DNA from: a virus
Virus record (IMG/VR): IMGVR_UViG_3300031248_000002
Length of the DNA stretch: 64,000 nucleotides
Reading direction: 5' to 3' (one strand)
In this document: positions 18,370-26,283 of the stretch, piece by piece
Position numbering within the stretch: the stretch's first letter is position 1
Layout of the letters: each line of letters opens with the position of its first letter
Program-made: the position numbers and the translations under genes
Notes under the pieces: generated by a model
The model's input: the letters and a program-made list of their open reading frames with translations, nothing else
Told to the model about the DNA's origin: nothing
Databases searched by the model: none

Positions 18370-18696
18370 CTATAGTATAGACGCGGCGTCGTCGGGTTCG
18401 GTTACCGGGGTTAGTCGGACAACTGTTTTAATTAGTACTTTTGGGATACCGATCGTCCGCCGGTACCCCGCGATGTCATTAGGCATCGTATCGTACCGCT
18501 CTTGCGCGAGTATCACCCAGTCGTCGGTTTCGGCCGCGAGGTACCCGACGTCGTAATTCACCATACCGGTTTGTCGTTTCTCGTCTACGCGCGCGTAACC
18601 GGACTGGGACTCGGCGTCGATCCAGGCGACGACGATAACGTCCGGGAGTTCGGCGGGTTCCGGGATAATGATGGATTCGATATCAAGAGTCACCAA
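18370..18696 (-). CDS. hypothetical acidic protein (108 aa)
   Basis: ORF in the operon. Confidence 0.45.
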   Translation of the reverse strand: MVTLDIESIIIPEPAELPDVIVVAWIDAESQSGYARVDEKRQTGMVNYDVGYLAAETDDWVILAQERYDTMPNDIAGYRRTIGIPKVLIKTVVRLTPVTEPDDAASIL

Positions 18697-18898
18697 ACAC
18701 CTCTGCCGCTGCGGCTTTGTACGCCGGAAGTTCGCGCGCCACCGGGTTAGCCTCGCAATCCAGAACGAACAGGAACGACTGGACTAGGTTGATCGCGATT
18801 AAAACTTTCTCCGCTGGCTCAGGCCTAGTTGTGAAATCGCGGCGCGTCCAAGCCGCTAGTTTCTCTTTTAACTCTTGCAGTTGTAATCCGAGTGACAC
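18683..18898 (-). CDS. hypothetical protein (71 aa)
   Basis: ORF in the operon, immediately downstream of the polymerase. Confidence 0.4.
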   Translation of the reverse strand: MSLGLQLQELKEKLAAWTRRDFTTRPEPAEKVLIAINLVQSFLFVLDCEANPVARELPAYKAAAAEVFGDS

Positions 18899-18907
18899 GT
18901 TTGCCTC

Positions 18908-20995
18908 CTAATTCAATACTAATGGATGCTTGTCTGCGTTCGTCATCGCGTCCAACCAATTCTCGCCGATCCCGGCGTCCACCGGGCAACTGAACCCAGG
19001 CAACCGCCACGTCTCCTGTTGCATAAGACTAATGAACTCGCCAGCTTGCTTATCGGTCCATTCGCGCGGGATCTCGTTCACAAGTTCGTCGTGAACTTGC
19101 AGGATCGGGACGGCTCCAAGTTCTCGTTTATACCGCAGCATGATTGCCTGAACGTGGTCCGCTGAAACGCCTTGTCCGTACGCCGCCAGCACGATCTTGC
19201 TGTCCTCTTCCATCGCACGTGTTAACGCGTTGTCTTCTCGAAACGGTCCGATAAGCCGGATGAAACGGCCGGTCGGGTATTTGACGTACCGCCGCGCTTC
19301 AAATTCGGCGAGGACACGGCGTTGCCACGCCCGGATTTGCGGGTACGCCGCGAAGTACACGTCTTCTTGTATCTCAAGAGCCAGACGTCGGGAGTCAAAA
19401 GACTCGTTCCCGAACAGCATATTAGCGAGGTGTTTTCCGGTAAACGCAACAACTCCGCCCGCATACTCCCAGTCTCTATGAACTCGGAGCGCGCCTGCGT
19501 TAATAGCTTGCTTAACATATGACGTGTCCAAATCTTGCGATGTTAGGACTTTTAGTCCCATACCGTAATTCGATCCGTGCGACGTGATTTTAGCCATGTC
19601 GCGAGGCTTCCGGCCGCCTAGCTCCGCTGCTTTGTCGAACTTCCCATCGGAGTTCTGGACAAGCCAAGTAAACAAGTCCTTCGGGAAATCTCGAATATCG
19701 AAGCCAGCAAGATACATAATCATCCTAGCTTCTAGCTGCTTGTAATCCGCGCGGATAAGTTTTAGCGCCGGATCGCGCGGGATAATCGCCGCGCGCGCTT
19801 GCTTGCCGAGTCCATACTTCTGAAAGTTATGAGCGTTCGGTCCGGACGACGACAAACGTCCTAGCGACGAGCCCGTGGTATTAAACCGCGAGTGTAAGTA
19901 TACGCCCGCCGCGCCTTCGTCCGACAAATGCTTCTCGCCGAACCACGAGTCGATGCCTTTGCCGCCGTCTTTGGTTTTCCACAGGTCAACGACACCAGAT
20001 TCCACTTCCGTTAGTGTTACCTCGCTTAACTGCTCGGCGACTTCTACAGGCTTGGAATCAAAGATATCGTGACGTTTACCGATCTTTAATAGCTCGTCGC
20101 GTAAAGTATCCTTGCGTGAATTCGCCAGCCGAACCCCGCGTTCGGCGAACCATTCGCGGACTTGCTTCGACGACTTGGGATTGAACCGTCGGCCGACTTC
20201 GGGGAAAAGAGTGTCCTGAATGTTGGAAATCCTCGCGTCTAGCTCTCTAACGCGATCCGTGTCCACGCGCATCCCGCGTTCGCGCATCGTCTCGCAGAGT
20301 TCACTTAGCTCCAGGACCTCACGGCGGAATTGAACCGGGACTTTCATTCGGTCTAGCTCTGCGCCGTTCTCGACGTGGACTTTAAGTCCGGCCCACGAAT
20401 CCACGCCGTTGTATCCAAATACGTCGTGCGTTGGGCAAGGATACTGGCCGGAACAATACTGCCGCCAGCAGGATTTCCAGTTCTGGACGTCGGCGACTAA
20501 CGACGTCGCGGTCCATAGATTCATAAACCCAAGCGATCCGGGATCATCGTCTTCGTCGCGGTTCGCGATCTTGCACAAATGCTGGTTGTTCAAGTAATGC
20601 GTAATCGCGCCGTCTTCCCACAGGTCCAGCGGACTCGCGCACCCCCAGCCGTCCATGACTTTTTTGTCAGCGGATGCCGAGAAGTATCCTACAATCTTGA
20701 TGTCACGTTTTCTCGCTTCGTCGATTGTCCATTGTGCCAGCCGCGAGTCCCAAGGAATCGACGCGGCTTCACGGAGCGTACTAATACCTAATATCGACGG
20801 GCGTCCGGTGTCCGTTGAGAATTCGAGATCTAACCCCAAACCCACACGGTCCGCCGATTCAACAACGCGTTGGTAGTCACGTTGCGTCCGGTGGACTGGC
20901 GGATAGTCAGCGGACGTGTCCGGAGACGAACCGGCAAACAACCCGAACTGAAGACGTTCGTCAGGTAGAACTATCTGCGATTTTCGACGGGACAC
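18908..20995 (-). CDS. family A DNA polymerase with 3'-5' exonuclease domain (695 aa, GTG start)
   Basis: Exo I is LDLEF, motif A is ADYKQLEARM, motif B is RDMAKITSHGSNYGMG and motif C is QVHDELV. An AAAGAGG SD lies upstream. Confidence 0.92.
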   Translation of the reverse strand: MSRRKSQIVLPDERLQFGLFAGSSPDTSADYPPVHRTQRDYQRVVESADRVGLGLDLEFSTDTGRPSILGISTLREAASIPWDSRLAQWTIDEARKRDIKIVGYFSASADKKVMDGWGCASPLDLWEDGAITHYLNNQHLCKIANRDEDDDPGSLGFMNLWTATSLVADVQNWKSCWRQYCSGQYPCPTHDVFGYNGVDSWAGLKVHVENGAELDRMKVPVQFRREVLELSELCETMRERGMRVDTDRVRELDARISNIQDTLFPEVGRRFNPKSSKQVREWFAERGVRLANSRKDTLRDELLKIGKRHDIFDSKPVEVAEQLSEVTLTEVESGVVDLWKTKDGGKGIDSWFGEKHLSDEGAAGVYLHSRFNTTGSSLGRLSSSGPNAHNFQKYGLGKQARAAIIPRDPALKLIRADYKQLEARMIMYLAGFDIRDFPKDLFTWLVQNSDGKFDKAAELGGRKPRDMAKITSHGSNYGMGLKVLTSQDLDTSYVKQAINAGALRVHRDWEYAGGVVAFTGKHLANMLFGNESFDSRRLALEIQEDVYFAAYPQIRAWQRRVLAEFEARRYVKYPTGRFIRLIGPFREDNALTRAMEEDSKIVLAAYGQGVSADHVQAIMLRYKRELGAVPILQVHDELVNEIPREWTDKQAGEFISLMQQETWRLPGFSCPVDAGIGENWLDAMTNADKHPLVLN

Positions 20996-21212
20996 TTAAC
21001 CTCTTTCGTAACTCTTCGCATTTGTCATCAGACCAACCGTATATTTCTTGTAGCCCGGACTTTACTACCGGCCACGGTGCGACGAAGTGATAGCCTACAG
21101 TCCCATTCGTCTTCAAGGCGTGCTCTAACGCTACCTGCCGCGCGGCTTTCATGTCTGCAACAGTTATAAAATAACCGTCAGGTAGAACGATTTGTGATTT
21201 ACGCCGAGACAT
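20961..21212 (-). CDS. hypothetical protein (83 aa) sharing its first 12 aa with the DNA polymerase
   Basis: MSRRKSQIVLPD is identical to the polymerase N-terminus but encoded with 6 synonymous changes. The ORF overlaps the MTase 3' end and the polymerase 5' end. Confidence 0.5.
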   Translation of the reverse strand: MSRRKSQIVLPDGYFITVADMKAARQVALEHALKTNGTVGYHFVAPWPVVKSGLQEIYGWSDDKCEELRKRLSVPSKIADSST

Positions 21213-21852
21213 TTACTATCCGGATTACTTGTTGACCTAAATACAAACTGTACGCGGGGGGTATCGCTTCTGCTATCTCACGCGTACTCGCCCAAGGCAT
21301 TTCCATAACATCACGACGCGGTTGTAGCGTCGAGATCTGGAATCCGCGTTTATCCCGCATCGGTTTTGACTCGCCGTGTCCGTACACGCCGATGACTGGT
21401 AGTTTGTGTTGACACTCGACTCCAACCAGAGGTAGATTAGATTCAAATAGCCGGTGACGTCGCAACTCGTATCTAGTACCATAAACTTTCACAGATAAAC
21501 CGAACGCCGTGCCGCATAGTTGCACAGGTTCCAACAACGGCGCACCCGGAACGTTTTCGATTATGTACGGGATACCAGTCGCCCGCAACGCAACACGAAC
21601 CGGCTCGATCAGCTTCGGGTGCTCGCGCTTGTGTAAACTCTTCGCGCGAGTGTACGCTTGACATGGCGGCGATGCCCAGATCAAAGCGTAACCGGTAACA
21701 AGGAGTACGTCGAACGCGTCGGCTTGATGAAACGCGTCGCCGATATATCGAGGCTGCGGGCGGATATCGACGCCGGTCACGTGGAAGCCCGCTAGTTGCA
21801 ACCCACGTGTAGCGCCGCCCGCACCACAGAACAGATCTAGCGCTTTTAGCAT
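21199..21852 (-). CDS. DNA (cytosine-5)-methyltransferase, short form (217 aa)
   Basis: Motif I is LDLFCGAGG, motif IV is PPCQ, motif VI is ENV and motif X-like is EAIPPAY. There is an ATGA overlap with the upstream gene. Confidence 0.85.
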   Translation of the reverse strand: MLKALDLFCGAGGATRGLQLAGFHVTGVDIRPQPRYIGDAFHQADAFDVLLVTGYALIWASPPCQAYTRAKSLHKREHPKLIEPVRVALRATGIPYIIENVPGAPLLEPVQLCGTAFGLSVKVYGTRYELRRHRLFESNLPLVGVECQHKLPVIGVYGHGESKPMRDKRGFQISTLQPRRDVMEMPWASTREIAEAIPPAYSLYLGQQVIRIVNVSA

Positions 21853-22619
21853 CAGACGATCACCATTAAACCTTCCGGCTGGAAGTCTCGGCACTCGAAC
21901 TTCCCATCACCCGCCGGATACCCGCGTTGGTTTGTCACGACGCGCGTCCGACGGATCGTCTGGTCGTCGTTCTCATGGGTATGTCCGTAGATCCACAGAT
22001 CGGGTTGCCGTGTTTCTATTACCGGAACCATGTCTAATGAATTAAATGCAGGCTCCAACGGCCCGTTACGGTACTTGGTCTTCGAGTATCTAACCGGCGC
22101 GTGATGCGAGATAACTACGCGCGGTCCGGCTAACGGCTCGTCAAACCAGTCGTGAAGTCTCGCGACGAACTTTTCGTGTAACTCGACGCTTCGGTGTGGC
22201 GTGAACTTTGTTCCGTCCGCGTTCCGGATTAGCTGGAAATCGGACATCGCGTACTTTGCGTCGTGCATTGCGTTCCAGTCCGAATCTGCGAACCACGTCC
22301 ACATCGTACCGCCGAAGAAATTGACGCCGTCTAGACTAATTGGTTTATCCGACAATAACGAGACGTTCGGGCAGTTTACGTTTAGCCAAAAGGCAAAACT
22401 TGCCTCTGAGGTATCCATCGGCAATTTAGTGTAGTATTCGTGGTTACCCGCAACATACAACACAGGTTTAGCCCAGTCGTAAAGGAAACGGCGAAGCGGC
22501 GAGAAATTCACGAATGAAATTATATCTCCAGCTAACACTAATACATCCGCATCTGCGTCAGCCGGTAGCGTCCAGTCGCCGAATTCCAAATGCAGGTCGC
22601 TGTAGATAAGCAGCTTCAT
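21852..22619 (-). CDS. calcineurin-like metallophosphoesterase (255 aa)
   Basis: Motifs seen are YSDLHLEF, AGDI, GNHEYY, SHHAP and YGHTHE. Confidence 0.8.
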   Translation of the reverse strand: MKLLIYSDLHLEFGDWTLPADADADVLVLAGDIISFVNFSPLRRFLYDWAKPVLYVAGNHEYYTKLPMDTSEASFAFWLNVNCPNVSLLSDKPISLDGVNFFGGTMWTWFADSDWNAMHDAKYAMSDFQLIRNADGTKFTPHRSVELHEKFVARLHDWFDEPLAGPRVVISHHAPVRYSKTKYRNGPLEPAFNSLDMVPVIETRQPDLWIYGHTHENDDQTIRRTRVVTNQRGYPAGDGKFECRDFQPEGLMVIV

Positions 22620-24355
22620 TAGAACAAGTCTCCCGGCAAAATTAACGTCGGCTTCTTCGACTTCTTACGCCGCCACGACGTGGCGGTAACGGGCCGAAAC
22701 GCGCGGGTGACACTCGACGTGTCCAGCAACTTCCGTTCCGTCCGCAACGAGGCTTTGAAATAATGCCCGCGCCAGTAGCTTACGCCCCCAGTACCTTCGA
22801 TAGCAGGTAAAACCAACGCGGCCGCTTTATCGCCGCACAGAACACAAACGCGGTAACCTTGTTCCATAAACCGCGCGGCTTTCTCAAAGTCGCGGCGGAC
22901 AAGGAAGAAATAGGCGTTTTCGCGAAGAACCGCAGCCGGGTGTAGCGTAATGACGAAGAGATTCGGGTCCCAGTCGGCGATTCCGGATGCGGCAAGGTTA
23001 CCTCTGGAGTCCCCGTGGTACCAGTCGTACTGACGACAAATCTGTTCGGCTTTCTTCCGGGTCTGGCCGTCCGGATACTCGTTAGCTTCGCCGCGACAGT
23101 TATGGTTGACCAAACCTTGCGCCACATAACTTTCATCTTCTTCTACAGACAATGAATAAATACCCCGGTTCCACTTTTGCTCCGCAATTTCGACTACCTC
23201 CGATTCCATAAACAAGTACTCATGTTCATCGTTATCCAACAACGACAGGATCGAATCGGGTGCAGTACATGGAACGTGTATAACAGAGTACCCGGCTTCA
23301 GCAGCCAGTTTTCTTTTTAAGCTGTTTCTTTCGGTAACACGGGCTTGATTATTATTTGTTCCCGGACCATCAATCTCGATCAGAACATTGCCTACCTTGA
23401 AATCAAAGTTGAACGGACCTAAAGAAAACTGTGATACCGGATCACGTCCCGCAGCTAATAAAACAGCATGAACTTCCGGCTCCCCCAATCCGATCCAAGG
23501 AAAATCTCCTACTCCTAGCAACTCACGTGTCTTAGCCGTTGCAAGACGGCTTTTAGCGTGCGCTTCTGCACTTAGGTTTTGAAGATTGTGTTTACCTTCT
23601 CTAATCAAATCGCGAGTAGCTGCATTCGCAGCTTTTGTTATTAGGTACGGATCTCTTGTTCCATTCCGGTAATTTTCCTTTAGCTTTCTAGAGATGGCTT
23701 CGGAATCATAGGGAGCAAATTTGCCTTGACACTCACGTGAACAAAACGCGAGAGTATGAAACTGATTTTTGTGCCCTCTATTAAAGACCTTTCCACAGCC
23801 CAAACAACGCTCGGCCACAACTGTTATTGTGTCTCCGGCTCTTAAGTCCGAGGCTCGTTTCCAACCAACGGCTGTCATGAACAAGTGATCTAGACTAACT
23901 GTATAATGTGACTTATGCCCTCTGGAGTCCACTCGGACTATTTTTATCACCGAAGACTCTGAAGCTATTCTAACCTTGTTTAGAACGGACCTGAATCTTC
24001 CAAGGTGAGTCAGAACTAAATCCCCCGGCTGTACTCGGAGCATTTGTCGATATCCAGTTGATGTCAATACTTCCGTCTTTGAGGAAGCAAAGCAACGCAA
24101 TGTATTCGCGATTATGACGTCCGCACGTTCTAAACCTAACGGACGCAGAAACGCATGGAACGTAATGTCACCGGAAGCGCCGACTAGCGGGGTACGTTTC
24201 AGGGCTTCGTTTTCGCCGGGGCCTTCCAGCAAAAGAGCAAACTTCGGAGACGCCGGAACCCAGTCCGGAACGAACGAATGGGAATCGGCGGACCATGGGC
24301 ATAACGCGCATAACGAGGGTTTGCTACGAACGCCGAGGATCGGAAAAGTAGACAT
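22619..24355 (-). CDS. family-4 uracil-DNA glycosylase-like protein (phage polymerase-associated type) interrupted by an intein
   Basis: The exteins carry CALCPW, LEGPGENEA, PLVGASG, ANTLR|C|RGE (matching the UDG4 N.vKCRP motif) and HPAAVLR. ATG at 24355 was chosen because the ORF-track TTG at 24370 overlaps the tRNA. The spliced product is about 246 aa. Confidence 0.8.
   Translation of the reverse strand: MSTFPILGVRSKPSLCALCPWSADSHSFVPDWVPASPKFALLLEGPGENEALKRTPLVGASGDITFHAFLRPLGLERADVIIANTLRCFASSKTEVLTSTGYRQMLRVQPGDLVLTHLGRFRSVLNKVRIASESSVIKIVRVDSRGHKSHYTVSLDHLFMTAVGWKRASDLRAGDTITVVAERCLGCGKVFNRGHKNQFHTLAFCSRECQGKFAPYDSEAISRKLKENYRNGTRDPYLITKAANAATRDLIREGKHNLQNLSAEAHAKSRLATAKTRELLGVGDFPWIGLGEPEVHAVLLAAGRDPVSQFSLGPFNFDFKVGNVLIEIDGPGTNNNQARVTERNSLKRKLAAEAGYSVIHVPCTAPDSILSLLDNDEHEYLFMESEVVEIAEQKWNRGIYSLSVEEDESYVAQGLVNHNCRGEANEYPDGQTRKKAEQICRQYDWYHGDSRGNLAASGIADWDPNLFVITLHPAAVLRENAYFFLVRRDFEKAARFMEQGYRVCVLCGDKAAALVLPAIEGTGGVSYWRGHYFKASLRTERKLLDTSSVTRAFRPVTATSWRRKKSKKPTLILPGDLF
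23099..24094 (-). mobile_element. intein (332 aa) with Zn-ribbon and Vsr/DUF559-like endonuclease insert
   Basis: It starts CFASSKTEVL (Cys1), has block B SLDH and block F IYSLSVEEDESYVA, and ends LVNHN followed by +1 Cys. The insert contains CLGCG...CSREC and FDFKVGNVLIEIDG....R..LAAEAGYSVIHV. Confidence 0.8.
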
Positions 24356-24360
24356 CAATT

Positions 24361-24450
24361 TGGTGGGCAAGGAAGGAGTCGAACCTTCAATCCCCTAAGG
24401 GGAGCCGGGGTTACAGCCCGGTGCGGTTCGCCAGTCTCCGCAGCTTGCCC
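24361..24450 (-). tRNA. tRNA-Tyr (GTA), long variable arm, CCA encoded
   Basis: Hand-folded. Acceptor GGGCAAG/CTTGCCC, D stem GCGG/CCGC, anticodon stem CCGGG/CCCGG with loop CTGTAAC, a variable arm with CCCC/GGGG, and T arm GAAGG-TTCGACT-CCTTC. Confidence 0.9.
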
Positions 24451-24635
24451 AGAAAAATTGGGGAGTGAGACGTTGGAAGAAGCCCGAAACCAGCAAAGGA
24501 GCCTCCCCGTTTATTCCCCCGATATTCACGGTGTCTCACCGACGTTTGTAAGCTGACAAACGAACAAACAGAGTAGTTGCGACCCCAACTACTAAGTCGC
24601 CCGTATTGGCACTGCGCTCCGACGGGCAGCGGATT

Positions 24636-24711
24636 TGGTGGACCCCGCTGGATTCAAACCAGCAACCTGTCCGGTGCAAGCGGACTGCTCTGTCAATTGA
24701 GCTAGGAGCCC
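24636..24711 (-). tRNA. tRNA-Ala (TGC), CCA encoded
   Basis: Hand-folded cloverleaf with anticodon loop CTTGCAC, the G3:U70 alanine identity pair, and T arm GCTGG-TTTGAAT-CCAGC. Confidence 0.93.
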
Positions 24712-25006
24712 ATAAATTTTCGCGGTCGGATGGTCGTCCAGTTTAACCCTCGTAGCAGTAGCGGCTCAGCGTTACTGGCCTTATCCTGTAGGGCACCGCG
24801 TATCGGTGGCCGGGTTTATACACCACCCGTTTAACTCCGCCCAGCCGAGCACCACTTCGGAGCCTCCCACTCCTTCGAGGGTTTCCTAATCACCCCTAGG
24901 CTAGTCGGCTGATGTTTAAGGCCATCATTTACGTCTCTCTTATCCCCGCCGTTGTTTCTTGGAAACTACGACTGATTGCGAGAGCACCGCACCGATCTAG
25001 ATTTCG

Positions 25007-25582
25007 CTACGTCTCGAACGTCATCACGTACCGTCCGGGATCGGAAGCCGCTTTCCGCGCGAATCGGTCCGCGTCTTCCTTCGTCGCCGGGAAGAAATAC
25101 CCGACGTCGTAGAACCGCGTCAACGCTCCGGTGTCCTTGTCCTTCTTCTGCTGCATCACGTACCCGAAGATCGCCCCGGATTCAGCAGCCGCCAGCCAGC
25201 GATCGGCCAGCAGTTTTTCAACCTGCTCCGGCGACTTGTCGGCGAGAGAAATCAACTCGTCGGACAACGTCAGGTACCGTTCCTCAGCGGCCGCGTCGGA
25301 CCCGCAGAACGCCCGAAGCGCAGGGGTTTGATCGGACGCGATGTTCTTTGAGAACACGAACATCGGGCCTTTTTCCAGTCCGTTCGGATTGAAGTTCTCA
25401 ACCAGCCAGTCTGGTCGATACATAAAGTTGTACTTCGTCGATTTCCCAGCTTGAATCCCTTGGATCTGAACGTTCGTCATCACGTAACCGGCGGGCGACA
25501 GCTTCGTCCCGCTTACAGACGCGACACGACCGATGCAGACCAGATCGGGAAGCTCGGGAACATCAGGGGCTTTAAACGGCAT
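25007..25582 (-). CDS. hypothetical protein (191 aa); possible ssDNA-binding or recombination accessory protein by position
   Basis: ORF downstream of the AAA_24 ATPase module. The functional suggestion is positional only. Confidence 0.45.
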   Translation of the reverse strand: MPFKAPDVPELPDLVCIGRVASVSGTKLSPAGYVMTNVQIQGIQAGKSTKYNFMYRPDWLVENFNPNGLEKGPMFVFSKNIASDQTPALRAFCGSDAAAEERYLTLSDELISLADKSPEQVEKLLADRWLAAAESGAIFGYVMQQKKDKDTGALTRFYDVGYFFPATKEDADRFARKAASDPGRYVMTFET

Positions 25583-25626
25583 TTTGTTTCTTCTCCTTTG
25601 TATACTAGTTTCCTAGTAGTCTAAAT

Positions 25627-25995
25627 CTAGTGAACAATAAGCGGTTTCAACGCATCTTTCTGGCCATCAAGTACCGCTCGGACTTGTTTAACCATATCCG
25701 CGCCCATAACAACCATTACACCGACTTGCTCGGGCCGGAGCATCTCGGGAGTTTTGAATTCCGACGCGACGAAAATAATATCGTTCGGCGATTTTATCCA
25801 CCCGTATTGGGGGTTACCGGCGAGGAATGCGACGACACCGCCGACCGTTACGTACATTTCGCGCATTACGGATGCCCAGATTTCTTCCGGCGACGACGGC
25901 GCGACCGGTTCGCCAACGCTTCCTTCTGTTGTCGGCGCGTCTTCCGCTTTGGCTTCCGTTGCGGGGTCTGAAACCTCGGTTTTCGTATCGTCCAT
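25627..25995 (-). CDS. hypothetical acidic protein (122 aa)
   Basis: ORF in the operon. Confidence 0.45.
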   Translation of the reverse strand: MDDTKTEVSDPATEAKAEDAPTTEGSVGEPVAPSSPEEIWASVMREMYVTVGGVVAFLAGNPQYGWIKSPNDIIFVASEFKTPEMLRPEQVGVMVVMGADMVKQVRAVLDGQKDALKPLIVH

Positions 25996-25996
25996 A

Positions 25997-26158
25997 TTAA
26001 TCCTTTCTGGAGACGTTTACATAAATCGCGAACATTATGAGGTACGTTGCTTCCGACCAGTGTGTCCGCCAGGCGCTAGACATTGCAAGCGCTAATGCTA
26101 CAAACTCACAGAGACAAGAAAGTACATACGTTACTTTACCCTTCTTCGCGCTTTCCAT
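25997..26158 (-). CDS. small membrane protein (53 aa)
   Basis: It is below the ORF-track cutoff. ATG at 26158 follows an AAAAGGAGAAAC SD, and hydrophobic segments are present. The start overlaps the upstream stop as TAATG; its own stop lies 1 nt before the ATG of the 25627 gene. Confidence 0.45.
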   Translation of the reverse strand: MESAKKGKVTYVLSCLCEFVALALAMSSAWRTHWSEATYLIMFAIYVNVSRKD

Positions 26159-26283
26159 TAGTTTCTCCTTTTATAGGACAGCCATCCTATCCAGAAACAG
26201 AGTATTATCGTAGACCATTTTTGGCCCAGATTTGTCGTCTGTTCCGCCCACAATATCAGGAGCAGAGAAATAAATATCCGCAT
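26158..26283 (-). CDS. small membrane protein (41 aa)
   Basis: Sequence MRIFISLLLILW...IILCFWIGWL. TAATG overlaps with both the upstream and the downstream gene. Confidence 0.4.
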   Translation of the reverse strand: MRIFISLLLILWAEQTTNLGQKWSTIILCFWIGWLSYKRRN

